From Fimicolochytrium jonesii (Eukaryota): a DNA stretch of 64,000 nucleotides. The stretch covers positions 434,001 through 498,000 of the forward strand of contig NW_026515674.1 of assembly GCF_025526975.1 (NCBI RefSeq), given 5' to 3'. Under the pieces are notes generated by a model. It was not told the origin of the DNA. It ran no database searches and saw only the letters and a program-made list of their open reading frames with translations. Positions within the stretch are counted from its first letter, which is position 1. Each line of letters starts with the position of its first letter. Shown piece after piece: positions 1-13,787 of this stretch. A program made the translations under genes and the position numbers.

Positions 1-213
1 GGATCCTTCATATTCCCATGTCGCAGGAAACTTCCAACGCGAACAACTGCACACTCATCTGGGGGATACCCGAGTGTAGGTCTTTCCAAGTTGAAGATGA
101 GGACGTGGCAGACGATTTCTTGACCAAATACGCCGTTCTCCAACATACAGCTATGATGTCAGTCCTCCGCCGCATATGTTCAGACCAACGCTGATGCGGC
201 TAACCCCGACAAT

Positions 214-1542
<1,329 letters not shown>

Positions 1543-1780
1543 TTAAGCGCTGCTGATGAGTTGCTGTTTGACAGCCCAGTGGAGGTAGCGGGGAGAGCCT
1601 GAGAGCCAGTCTGTTGAGAACGTTCGGAGCCTCATCAAGCCGTGACCTCACACTCCCCACTCGAGCACACGCGCCGGCTTCGTGGAAGTCTCAAAATCAA
1701 CTTCAGCGTTGAGGTCCTCTTCCTGACGGAAGGATTCCCACGAAGCACACACATATCTGCCCAACAAAAGCTTCTGCAAG

Positions 1781-4700
1781 ATGTTGGTGGGAAGTCTGTC
1801 GCCAACGGCAGATTGGAACCTGCTCAATGACAAGTTCTACTGGTACGTGGACGATGACCGTGTACCTCATTCGCTTCATAGCTGTAGGTTCTTACCATCC
1901 GGTGTCAGCAAGCAGGAAGTTTACTCCATGACATGGAGGGGAGTGGACCTTTCCAAGCTTACTGTAGTTGTGGCACCCTTTGGCGGACCGATAGGTATTG
2001 CACTTGTTGGGTTGTACAGTAATACGGGCACGCTCTAACGGTCATCTCCTAGCGGCCATAAGGGACGACAGGAAGATTATGGCGTTACGCGGCCAAACGA
2101 CGCAACCCGACCTTCGCATATATACTTCTGCCGGAAATCTCATCACACAGCTTCAAGTAAGGGCAAGAGTTCAAAATTCAGTGAAATTTTTCCTATACCG
2201 AGTGATCGCTAACATTTGGATAATAGTGGGATAAAGGGCGAATAATAGGGCTGGGGTGGACGAATACGGAACATCTCCTGTGTGTACTGGAAGGAGGGTT
2301 GGTCAGGGTCTACGACATTCACGGAGAGTTTATTCAGTTCTCGTTGGGCGAGGACGCCAAAGAGCACGGAGTGGTGGAGTGTCGTTTATGGGACACTGGG
2401 CTGGTTGCGCTGACGGGAGACTTCAAATTCGTGGCGATCACGAATCTTGATGAGCCACGACCGCAGTACTTAGCCGACCCTGGGATTACGCAGGCACCGT
2501 ACTCGTGGACTGTTCTGTCACCTCAGCAAACGCTGAGCCGGCATTTGGAGGTGTTTCTGGCTGTGAATGCCACTGTCATAGTCCTGGATTCAGCGACTGT
2601 GCAAGACCAGTCTTTGACGCAAGGACCGTTTCTTCGGATGTCGGTGTCACCGAATGGCAAGTTTCTTGCCCTGTATACCTCCGAGGGTAAACTGTGGGTA
2701 GTCTCGACCGACTTCCAGAAAAATCTGGCGGAATTCTCAACCAACTCCGCAAATCCCCCGACACAGATGACCTGGTGCGGGACGGACTCGGTAGTCCTGC
2801 ATTGGCCTGGTACCGTTCTCATGGTCGGGCCCTTTGGAGATTGGATCAAGTACACATACGATGGCGTTGTTCACCTTGTCACGGAAATTGACGGTCTACG
2901 CATCATCAGCAACGACAAGTGCGAATTTCTTCAAAGAGTACCTTCTGCGACCGAATCCATTTTTAAGATCGGATCGACAGCGCCTGGCGCCATTCTTTTT
3001 GACGCATATGAACATTTCGAGAAAAAAAGCCCACGGGCTGACGAAAACATTCGAAATATCAAATTCGAATTAGCTGAAGCGGTCGATACTTGCGTCGAAG
3101 CCGCAGGGCACGAGCTGAATGCACCGCGCCAACGAGCGCTACTGAAAGCCGCCAGTTTTGGGAAGTGCTTCCTGGATTCATACAACGCCAATCACTTTCT
3201 CGCGATGTGCAAGAGCATCCGTGTTCTCAATGCGGTCCGGAACTTTGAGATCGGGATACCTTTGACATTTGTGCAATACGAGCGGATCACCCCGTCTGTG
3301 CTTGTGGATCGTTTGGTGATGCGTCACCACCATTTGCTGGCATTCCGGATATGCGATTATCTTACTTTGAGTCATGATCGGGTCCTCATACATTGGGCGT
3401 GCACGAAGGTGAGGACAACTTTGTGTGAAAATGAGGCTGCCGGTTTGCTGATCTGGCAGTGCCCTCTTTTTGTAGATAAAGGTCTCCGTGGATGATGAGG
3501 ATACTCTGTGTCGCTTGATCGTTGAAAAGTTGGGTGGTCGGGAGTCGGGGATCTCGTACACAGAAGTCGCCAAAGTGGCGTATGATAGCGGGCAGAGGAA
3601 GTTAGCCACCAAGGTTGGTCAGCGAGAACGTGGCAGAAAAACGCGAAGGCACGGATGGCAGCTGACCATTCTTATGTAGCTTTTGGACTATGAGCCTCAG
3701 GCTGCGAACCAGGTTCCACTGTTGATGGGTATGGAGGAAGATGAGGTGGCGTTGATCAAGGCGATTGAGAGTGGCGACACGGATCTAGGTACTCCCATTG
3801 GATGACGAGGATGTCTCACACGATCGGAATACTAACTCTTCAATCGTACCAGTGTATCTGGTCATGCTGCACATGAAGCGAAAGCTATCACCTGCCGAGT
3901 TCTTCCGAATCATCGGAGACAAGCCGCTTGCATGCAATCTACTCGAACTGTATTGCAAGCAGCAGGATCCGCAATTGCTCCGCGACTTCTACTACCAGGA
4001 GGACAGACGGGTGGATAGCGCCAATGCTGCTATATCCGAGGGCTATCAGACGCAGGTATGGGTGAGATATTCTGATGAAGCAAATGAAGGAGCTCAGCAT
4101 CGATTGATAGTCTCGCCTACGCAGGACATGCTCGAGCGCGTGAACAAATTCAAAATTGCACAGAAGCTCTACTCGGTCGAGAAGGAACGCGCTTTTGAGG
4201 CGAAGGTAGTCTGGTCTCGTTGCTCACTTCAAGGGAAAAACAAGGCAGCCGCTTGACCGCTTCTACGTTTGCAGACGACGGAGGATGAAGTCAAGCTTCT
4301 CCTCTTGCAGGACTCGCTACAGCGAGATCTCGGGCAGGAGATCGTAGGCCTTTCCGTCGTCGAAACAATAGCAAAGCTACTGGAATTGGGTGAAGCCAAC
4401 AAAGCCGCGAAAGTGAAATCTGACTTCAAGGTCTCGGATAAGCGGTATGTGTGACGGAGAACTAGGAATACAACGATGCATTGCATTGAATGAGGATTTT
4501 ACAATAGGTTCTGGCGGATTAAGATCAAGGCACTGGTTCAGGTACAGAAGGGTGCAATATTGCCAGTTTCACATGATTGCAGTCTGCTAATCCATTTCTT
4601 CCCGAATAGAAACATGACTGGGAAGGGCTGGAAAAGGTAAATCCCTCGCTCAGAACCATGTCACCCTCCCCGACCCTCGTGACTGACACTGACTCCTTGA

Positions 4701-4920
4701 CTAGTTCGCAAAAGCGAATGCCAAGCAGGGATACGCAGGAATCGTTGACACGCTCCTGCAATCAAAGAACCCAGTTGCAGCCACTCAAGCGCAAACCTAT
4801 GTCCAAATGATGATCAATACAGGGCAAGAGAAGGACGCACAGCAGTTTGTCCATCTCATATCAAAGCCGAGATCAGCGCCATCAAGTCCGTCCAGCAGAC
4901 GAGCAGCCACTCGTGGATGA
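1781..4920 (+). CDS. VPS16: HOPS/CORVET subunit Vps16, multi-exon
   Basis: [99 protein letters not shown]; last exon ends RAATRG* at 4920. Confidence 0.93.
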
Positions 4921-4976
4921 CTTATGGCATAGCGGTACCGTTGGCGGCCGCGAACGAGAGCGCCCCGAAGCAAAAG

Positions 4977-6485
4977 CTAGGCATTCGACCCGATCACAAC
5001 TCGAGGATCACGTTCCGCAGGCGGGAAGAAGATCGACAACTCGAGAGGCGCGTCAACATCAAATTGCTCCTGTTTGGCACGCTTCGGTATCGGCAGCTCG
5101 AGGTGGTGCGCCGGCAATGGCTTGCTGAAGAAGTAGAGATCCAATAGAGCCTAGTGCAGCGAAAGGATGAATTGATGCGGCGTGATCCCCACGTTTCTTT
5201 CCTTCGATTCCAGGCTAGACCCCGGTTCCGACTTGATGCCACGGAATGTTCTTCTTGACGTACCTCTTTGGCTGGAATTCGATTTCGACTTGAATAGACA
5301 AGGAAGCGTTTCAGTAGATCTACAGCCTCCTGTGATGCGTCGGGGCAAATCCGCTCTAACGGTATTGAGGGCATCTTCGGAAACTGTATCTTGTTGTAAT
5401 CGGGCAAAGTCTCTAGATCCTGCAATAAAAGTTAGGGCTTCCAGCAAAACGATGATGCGAACTTGCAGATGAGAAAAGCGTTATCTTTCGATTCCGACTT
5501 ACAGGCCAACTGTCTGCTGTCGGTGTGCCCAGTACATTCAACACACAAAACAACTGATCAATATCATTCTGTCCCGGGAACAATGGCGAATGGTTCAAAA
5601 GCTCCCCGAAAATGCACCCGACCGCCCACAAATCCACTCCGGCGTCATACATCCGTGCGCCGTAAAGCAGCTCTGGAGCTCTATACCACCGCGTCGCGAC
5701 TTGATGCGAGTAAGGGCGGGGCTGGTGGTGTGCGGCGGCTGAACTGGCTCCAGACCCGGCTGGTGTGAATTCCTTTCCATGCCCGCCACTCCCTGCCCCT
5801 CCTGCATTAACATTGGATGGGAGGGCGCGATGCACTCTCGCCAGCCCGAAATCCGCGAGCTTGAGCACGCCCGTTGGGCTGATTAGCAGGTTAGCGGGCT
5901 TCAGGTCCCTATGCATGATATTATTTTCGTGGCAGTATGAGAGCCCTTTCAGGAGCATAACCATGTAGGCTTTGACTTGCGAAGACGTGAGCGGGGTCGG
6001 GGTTGTGCGAAGGATATGGGACAGGTCGGATAGCATATATTCGAAGACGAGGACAAAAGATGGGCCTGATGGGTAGACCGAGAGGAGCTTCACGACCTGT
6101 AATGGGGGAGGAGACCGTTTCAGCTTTGCCTCTTCTTCCACCTTTTGCGACGTAAGCCCTGTTCGGCCTCTGGCCCAACCCTCCCTGCCTCTCCTTGTCC
6201 CAGACAAGACTCGACTACTCACATTCTGGTGTTCAATCACCTGCAGCGCTTTGATCTCTCGGAGAATGGTATTTGGGATCCCGTCCTCCAGCCGCCGCAG
6301 CGGAACCTTCTTCAAAGCAACGATTTCGCCCGTCTCGACGCATTTTGCCTTGAGGACGACTCCGTGAGCGCCTTCCCCAATCTTGAGTATGCGTGAGAGA
6401 GACGAAGCGCATGAGCGCGTTATAAGGAAGGAGCAAATAACGAGCGGAAGAGGCATACCTTCCCGAGGATCTTGTATCTGTCCAT
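4977..6485 (-). CDS. CDK20: Cyclin-dependent kinase 20 / CCRK (LF2-like ciliary-length kinase)
   Basis: MDRYKILGK|IGEGAHGVVLKAK, PNTILREIKALQ, HRDLKPANLL, YSHQVATRWYRAPELLYGARMYDAGVDLW, C-terminal YFFSKPLPAHHLELPIP; GEGAHG and HQVATRWY are CDK20 hallmarks. Confidence 0.92.
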
Positions 6486-6669
6486 TGCTGCCCTTGCCCA
6501 AGGAAATGCGAAGGACGCAATGAGCTCTGACCGAGGGCGGAAGTCGGCGAAAAGTGAGAAAGGTGAGACGACGCGTCGAGATGACGGTCTCCTTCCTCTG
6601 GGCTTTCCCATTTCCAGCGACACCCCAGACTCCCCAGACCATATCGATATCGGGCTGCAGACTTCAGCC

Positions 6670-7902
6670 ATGTCGTCTTTCAAGAGAAGAGGGCCGTCAG
6701 CCAGCGCCCACGCCTCGCTGCCAGCGACCCGCATATCCGCTCGGAACTCCAGCGTCGTTCTCACTTCAACCGGCGTTCCGTCCATTGACGAGCTGCTGGG
6801 TGGAGGTCTTCCGCTGCACACATCGCTTCTTGTCAATGAGGACCGCTTCACCGGCTATGCCAAGCTGCTCATGTCCTACTATATAGCGCAAGGCGTGGCA
6901 TCCGGGCACGCCGTATCTCTAGCTACCGCCGACGAAGACCCGGAAAGCATTATTCGAGGCCTTATGGGCGTTGTTGAGGGCAAAGTGCCGTCCGAGATGA
7001 AGGAAGAGGAAGAGGACGAGGACGTGACACTAGGCGCTGGAGGAGCAGCGGTTCTGTCGGGCCGACGGATGGGTGCGACCAGAAACGACGTTGGCAACGA
7101 CCGTATGCAGATCGCATGGCGGTATCAGGGCCTTCCGCGCTTCAGCACGGCGGTCGGAGGGGCAGGACCTGCACGAGCTGGCACGCTCAGCCAACAAACG
7201 CCGTTCTGTAATCTGTTCGATTTGACGAAGCGCATGACACCGGCTATGCTGAAAGCAGCTGGATCGCAGATGGCGCTTCTCGACATATCTGCGTGGGCGC
7301 TGGAAGCAGAGGAAACGGGAAGCGACAATGTGTTCCAAAGGCTGATCCGCCATATTGAAGGACTCGTAGACGAAGGCGGATTCCGAATACGGCCGAATGG
7401 CCCGCCACCACCGACCCTTCTCCGCATCGCCATTCATTCAATAGCCTCGCCGCTGTGGGGGTCATCTACCATCAGCCAGCTATCAACTTTCTTCCTGTCC
7501 CTACGCTCCATCCTCCGCACATCATACGCCACCGCCTTCATCAGTCTGCCCAACGCCATTCCTCCCCACGTAACCACAATCCTATCTCACCTCTCTGACG
7601 GTGTTCTGCGGCTAGACTCGTTCGCAGGGAGCTCAACGCCTGTGCATTCAGCGTACGAGTCTCAGTATCATGGGTTCCTCGATATCGTCAAAGTGCCCAG
7701 AGTGGCGTCTTTGGGTGGCCGGATAGGCGAGATGGGCATGTTGGGCTTTAAGGTGCGGAGGAAGCGGTTTTTGGTGGAACGGTGCACGCTCCCGCCGGAA
7801 GGTGAAGGCGTGAGAAGAGGGGATGAGGAAGAGGGCAGCAACCGGAAGGCGAGGAGCAGTTGTGGTACTGTGGGTACAGGGAACAATCCGTTGGATTTCT
7901 GA
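6670..7902 (+). CDS. ELP4: Elongator complex subunit 4 (RecA-like, PAXNEB)
   Basis: MSSFKRR start, TSTGVPSIDELLGGGLPL, MQIAWRYQ, FCNLFDLTKRM, LRIAIHSIASPLW, FKVRRKRFLVE, C-terminal SSCG..LDF; intronless. Confidence 0.93.
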   Translation: MSSFKRRGPSASAHASLPATRISARNSSVVLTSTGVPSIDELLGGGLPLHTSLLVNEDRFTGYAKLLMSYYIAQGVASGHAVSLATADEDPESIIRGLMGVVEGKVPSEMKEEEEDEDVTLGAGGAAVLSGRRMGATRNDVGNDRMQIAWRYQGLPRFSTAVGGAGPARAGTLSQQTPFCNLFDLTKRMTPAMLKAAGSQMALLDISAWALEAEETGSDNVFQRLIRHIEGLVDEGGFRIRPNGPPPPTLLRIAIHSIASPLWGSSTISQLSTFFLSLRSILRTSYATAFISLPNAIPPHVTTILSHLSDGVLRLDSFAGSSTPVHSAYESQYHGFLDIVKVPRVASLGGRIGEMGMLGFKVRRKRFLVERCTLPPEGEGVRRGDEEEGSNRKARSSCGTVGTGNNPLDF

Positions 7903-8213
7903 GCTTTGCGGCGCTTCGCGTATGTAGTTAGGTCAGCCGGTTAGAGAATAGACTCAATAAATGGAAAGCTATGGCAATGGCCGGAAATCTGTCGACTCGG
8001 CGCTGTGCAGGATTTATGTGAGAAGCTCTACATGCAGACGGCTTTTCGCCAGTGTATCCGCCCTACCACATTCACACACAGAGACTAAACACAATGTCCA
8101 AAGAACGGCAGCTCGTGAATTTAGATGGACAGCATAGGGTATGATAAACGCAAGCATCCAAAAACGCCGAATGTACAAGGGACCCACTGGGGGTGGAGGA
8201 ACATGCCCGCGTC

Positions 8214-11200
8214 TCACAGCAACCACCCCCTCCCCGCCGACCTCCTAACAGCGCTCTCCCACAAGCTCGTAATATCCAACCCTTCGTCCACAAACCAGCA
8301 GTCGCAGTGCTTGATGACGTGTGATTCGACTACGTCGGTAGCAAGGGTGTAGACGCGGTGAAGGTAACGGAGCGGTGCGGGTGGGGTATGTGCTGGGCAT
8401 TTGTGGTGGCAGGTGTTGCGGCAGGCCGGCGCTATTGATGATGTCCCTACGGCCAATGGGGTACCGTCTGGGTGGGAAGCTGCTGGGGAAAGAGTGCCGT
8501 CCTCGGGGCTGTGTGCGTGTAAACCGGGCGATGCGGAGATACATGGTGGACGTGACGGCGCGGTTGCGGCCCTTGGACTTTCTACCGGGTCGGTATTGCT
8601 CGGGGCGCTGCTGAAGAACGGCTCCGGAGTGAAGAACGAGGGTGGAGATATCCTGCCCAGCAGTCTCAACGGGCTGCTCGTAATCGACGATGACGGCGCC
8701 GCATTGGAAGGCTCGGTGTCATGACTTGCCGAGACAACAGGACTCGAAGGGCCCGGAGGAGAAGGCGCGGTATCCACCATGATATACTCGTCCGTTTCAA
8801 TTGGCGTTCCTGCCGCTTGCGCGGGACCATGGTCCTGGCTGGCTTCTCCAGTCCCGGTAGACTCATCGCGCAAATGACTTTGGTCGTCGACCGGCGTCTG
8901 GCTAGGCGGCGGCTGTTCCAGAGATGTGACCGGATCGCCGCCAGTATCCGTGGCAGCGTCGACACGATGCTCTACGGCAGGCCCTGCTTCCGCTCCTGCC
9001 TCCGTTGGCGGATTCGGGGGTTTGATGTGCCACACCGGTCGTCCTTGGGCAAACCCTTCAGCTGCCTCCCCTGCAATATTCGGACAGTCCACAAGACTGA
9101 TCACCTCCAAAAGAGGGCAGCTCTCCCTGATCGCATCTAGCACGCCCGGTCCCACTGTGAGATTGTTGATGGACAGACTTTGCAACCCACTCCAAAAGCC
9201 ATCACGAACGACGCCGCTGATACACGACTCGGTGAGCACGGTTTGACCATAGAGATTGAGCACCTTCACTTTGTTGAATGCAGGAGCAAGCTCGCGAAGA
9301 TACGTGTCATCGAACTTCCCTATCGAGCATTCGGGATGCTTGTGCAAGTCTAATGTGTGCACGGGGTTCCTCCGGATGACTTCCGCCAATGCTTTTGCCG
9401 ACATGTTGGGACATCGCGTCAGTGCTAATATTTGAAGGGTGTTGGTATATGTGGCGAGGGCACGGAGGGAGCGATCGGTCAGTTCCGATGAGACCAAGAC
9501 AATCCCTTCACATTCCTCGTCTTCAAAGACAAGTCGTAACATTTCCAGGTTGGTGGCTTTCTTTGCGACCTCCTCAAACTGTACCGCCGAATCCTGGTCA
9601 ATATTGCGGACGAAGTTCCATGCGAGACGGCAAATGGGACTCACCATTTCGTCAAAGACGTCGCAATCGACTAGCCTCAACGTCTTCAGTGACGGCCTGT
9701 GATCTAGTTGGATACCAGCGCTCATTGGTCCGACGACACCAGCCATTCCGAGGAAATCCAGCATCGGGCAACCATTCCAAATTACGACGAGAACGTCCAT
9801 CTACACTCCGTCCAAAGATGAGTTTCCTGGAACGTCAAATGGTAACTGACAGACGCTACCCACCGTTATTTCGAGACAATAGTCCAACGTAACCGCGGTC
9901 AGGTTTCGACAACTTGACACCAGTCGTTCAATGCTGGCATTCGGCCCCACCGGTATTCCATCCAGTCGTATGAACTCCAGTCCCGTCATATTCGGAAAGA
10001 CGTCCGAAAGATCAGAGGTGCTCTCGAAAGCATCAATATCCTTCACAGCTTCAATGTTTAGATTGCGTAGGTTTCCCCCGTGCTCCCTCAGGATTCGACA
10101 GAGATCCGGCCAGCATGGTGAGTCAACGTCCTCGATCGTGAGCGATGACACGCGTTGGATCACCGGTTCCATCGATGTTAAAATGCGGGGATCCAAGGAT
10201 GGACCAGCCACGCCTTCGCCGCAGAGATGCTGGAACTGAAGACTGCAACAATCATCGAGTAAATACTATGTGTCGGTGGAAGAGAACAAATCGTAATCAG
10301 GCTGTACCTTTGAAGGTTATTGAGCAAATTACTGACATGCTGCAGCAAGATCACCTTCTGCTCACTGCTGGACACAATCAGCTTCTTCACCATACTCCCC
10401 AGCCCTTTTCGTGAAGCCTGCTTCACTTGCGATTCGGCCGAAGAAGGAATCAAGGCGTTTGACACTGAAGGCTCAAGACCGACGGGAAGGATGGCTCGAT
10501 TTCCCACGACTGTACCCAGCCGCCGCGAGGCCCCATTCGCGAATTCAAGGAAACCCGGCTTGAGCAGATCCCCCAAGCCCTCGAAGGACTTTGGGACCGC
10601 CAAACCGGTCCGGGTCCTCCCTGATCGCCTAGGATTGCGAGGTGCGGCACTGAATGCCACACCTCTCACAAATCTCCTCACGCGGGTTGCGTTCTCTAAC
10701 AGAACCTCTCTCCACAACACCTCCTGTGCGACAGTATTCCACGCTCTGTTGACCAAACAGCAACGATGCAGCGTAGATAGCTCGTCAACTTCCTCGAAAA
10801 TGGTCAACAGTAGTTCGTGCGGTAATACAGAGGCCGCCCCAGCGATTCGTCGCTTTGCGGCGGTTTTTGCTAGAACAGACAGTGACTCGCCAATTTGACC
10901 ATCCCGAGGGTCTGCGGAAGTCGGCGATAATGCACTAGGGGCTATCGCCAGTTGCTCTGGTGGTATCCAACCGACCAAGGCGCTTGAGCCTCCCTCCCGC
11001 GGCGTCCCTCCAAGTTCAGCCAGAGGCTCGCGGCCGTCCATCAGGTAAGCGTCCTCCATATCGCTACTGTCCTCTCCACCTCTTATGCTAGCCAAGACAT
11101 CGACCGCAAGCTCCTGTAGAAAGCATAACGGGCAGTGAATATGGTTGTCCGGGGAAACGTCGGACAATTACTGTCACTTTTGAGAACCAACCTGAGCTGC

Positions 11201-11314
11201 AATCGCCTCTTGCACTTCGAAGGACGTCTTCAGGTCAGTGGGAACGAGAGAGAGCCTCTCGAGCCCGAAGCGTAAAAGGTCCGTGATAAAGGCCGATATG
11301 TGTTTGTCTGGCAT
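8214..11314 (-). CDS. F-box / leucine-rich-repeat (RNI-like) protein with Pro/Ser-rich insert
   Basis: F-box LPHELLLTIFEEVD..LHRCCLVNRAWNTVAQEVLWREV followed by LRR-CC-like repeats (LTDRSLRALA, LALTRCPNMS, ISLVDCPNI). First exon MPDKHISAF..AAQ with GT donor; ORFs 10178-11167, 9801-10211 and 8214-9800 join through GT-AG introns. Confidence 0.8.
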
Positions 11315-11867
11315 CTCCCTCGTTTTCCGAGTCGACGTATTCCCACTAAGTCGGTGCTGAAGACACGCTGTTCAATGCGGTAGCGGAAGAGAGAGATTAG
11401 AGTCAGGCGTGGACAGTGAAGCCGCTGTGCGCTCGTTGACTGGGAGCGAGCGCCGGTGTGTGCTATGTGAGTCCTGCAGTGCAAGTGCCACCGATGTCGA
11501 TGGAGGTGCTGCTGGAATATCGGGCTGTTGGCTCTGTCGGGTCGGAGGAGAATCATGAAGTTGGAACACGTTGTTGGTGGCAGATTAGACATGTTTGCTC
11601 CCTTTTGTGGCTGGATACATTAGATTGCTAATTAGGTGGGAGAGGATTAGAGTCTCATTTCATTAGACCGCTTCTCTCAACGCATTGCGCGCAAACGCGC
11701 GGGATCGCTGCCAGCTCTTCCAAGTTCCATAACGGCACCGCAATTGTCAACCAACGGACAGCCCACGCACGAAGCAGGCTCTCAGTGCTATTGTCATCCT
11801 GCATATATATGGAGCAGCAGCAACGCTGGAATATCCACCCTCCGTTTAACTATCTCCTTTCTGCATA

Positions 11868-12435
11868 ATGGTGAGTACAGCGACGCTCCTTGTTTCATTT
11901 GGCCGTGCGAACGTCTAACATCCTTGTCCTGCAGAGTCTCGAGTGGGATTCACCACTGCTGAAGGCATATGAGCCACCTGTGCCTCCATCAGCTTTTTCG
12001 ACACTGGCAGTATCGCTGCTCACCGCTGGCTTTGCGGTTGGGTCACTGTTTTTCATGTACGTGCACCGTGATGGGCGGCAGATCAGGGGACTGAGGCCTA
12101 CAGTGAAGGACCCGATAGACTTTTATATGACGGGATGAACGGCGCGCTGGGCTGCACGGCGGACTTGGCCTGGGCTGTAGACGGAGATGGGTCGCTATAT
12201 GACCGGGTTCTCACAAAACAGAACATCGACAGGAACCAAGTCAACGCCACGAAATACACGAGGAGTATAAGGCAAGACATCTTGTTGGCAGTGCCAGCAT
12301 CGTTACTATTTGGTATGTTGCAAATTACAAGGTTTCAGTCTTACCTATCGAAAAAGAGCAAAAGCTAACTGGGGCGCTGTCTTCACAGGTTTCGGCGTTG
12401 TGTTCCTTTTCCTGGCCATTGGGGTATACTTGTGA
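11868..12435 (+). CDS. TMEM258: Oligosaccharyltransferase subunit TMEM258/Ost5 (4 exons; first coding exon is ATG only)
   Basis: Spliced: MSLEWDSPLLKAYEPPVPPSAFSTLAVSLLTAGFAVGSLFFMNQVNATKYTRSIRQDILLAVPASLLFGFGVVFLFLAIGVYL*, matching the TMEM258 pattern (Y..PV.P, TKYTR, SL..GFGV.FL...G.Y). Confidence 0.9.
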
Positions 12436-12741
12436 ACGCGTGAACGGTGGGGCTTCTTGTGAACCGACAACAAAGCGCCGATGATCGGTTTCAGAAGATG
12501 TTTGCCATGGAAGATGTATATATGAGAAAGGATGTTGTGCGGGGAATGAAAACACGGCGCACCGTGGGATGCCCGAAGGCCATAGGGAGGATCTCAGCGT
12601 GAAAACCACGCAGAACAATGGCAAACGCAGAGCTGGCCCATCGCATCATACCAGCATTCCACGAGGGAGGATTGGTGAAATGCAATCGACGATACGATGT
12701 TGAATGATAAGATTGCACAATACCGCCTGCGGGCCGTGGCA

Positions 12742-13787
12742 TCACCCCAGATAATGTACAATTAGCCACATAATAAACACCGTTGTCGTAACCCCTCCCA
12801 GGAAGATCCACCGGTCCGCGGCCGTCCGCCTTTCGATGTAACGTATTACCGATGTGGATAGCCCAAGATAGTTTGCTACATCGAGAAGTCTCCTTTGTGT
12901 GCCCTAGATCATGAAATGCCATCAGACCATTGGCTCGAGAGAAGAAAGTCCTTCGATGTCCCCCTGATACGTGCCTTCAGCGAGTCCCTCTGCTCCACCA
13001 GATCCTGTAGCGCTGCCCGCCCCATCTGCATAAACTCATCTAATCGGTGCCCTGAATTCTCAAGAACGCCGTTCTCCCGGATCATATGATCCATCATGAG
13101 GATGGTATTGTCGGTGGCCCTAGGATCCGAGGCGCCATGCCCGTGCCGTGCGCCGAATGATGTCCGGCGCTCAACATGGCTGCCCAACAGATCCTTCCTG
13201 TCACGTTCTGCCGTCTGGTAAAAGGGCTGTCAGGATTATAATGGCAACTAACACTCGGCATCTCCTGCCGGACACTAACCCTTGCCCGATCCTCCGTTTT
13301 CCATCTCGTGAACGCAATTTGTAGAGAGGCGAAATCCTCGCGTACTTTCTTCGCTCGTCTGCCAGAACACGCAGCGGAAAGAGGGGACCGAAAGCCGAGC
13401 GTCAGTCCTCCAGGTCCGGCGTCCTAGCGCCGAGCCGAGCAGCTCTTTTACCTACGCAATAGCTTTCTCCTTTTTCGCTGCTGTGACTTCTCTCCGTGCG
13501 AATTCGTCCAAGTCGTGGGCTCCCCGTTGTAGTGATGCCAGTCCGGCGGTAATCTGACCTATGGGTTCCGAACGTTGGAATGTGTGAGGGCCCTACGCTT
13601 GAGACAAGATCACCACCGGTGCCTCCCAGCGCCGATAGTATCGTGACCCCTTTTTGATGACTCGTTCTCTTGTGGTCAAACCTTGTAATCCCGACGAAGT
13701 GTCCTCCCCGCTTTCAAGCCGCTCCAGCTCCTGCTGAAGCACATGCGTTTGCTTGACAGCGTTGTTGTAAAGAACCGTGGCACTCAT
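12742..13787 (-). CDS. BOS1: Golgi Qb-SNARE Bos1/membrin (GOSR2)
   Basis: MSATVLYNNA, RLDEFMQMGRAALQDLVEQRDSLK|GTQRRLLDVANYLGLSTSVIRYIERRTAADRWIFLGG, then a C-terminal TM ending HYLG*. Confidence 0.92.

Noticed and set aside
1..195. Possible last exon of a + strand gene entering from the left edge (..SFQVEDEDVADDFLTKY..*)
   Set aside because: Too short and truncated; frame and family cannot be established.
6472..6669. Apparent overlap of the CDK20 and ELP4 ORFs in the ORF track
   Set aside because: Artefact of non-ATG ORF starts; the conserved starts are 6485 (-) and 6670 (+).
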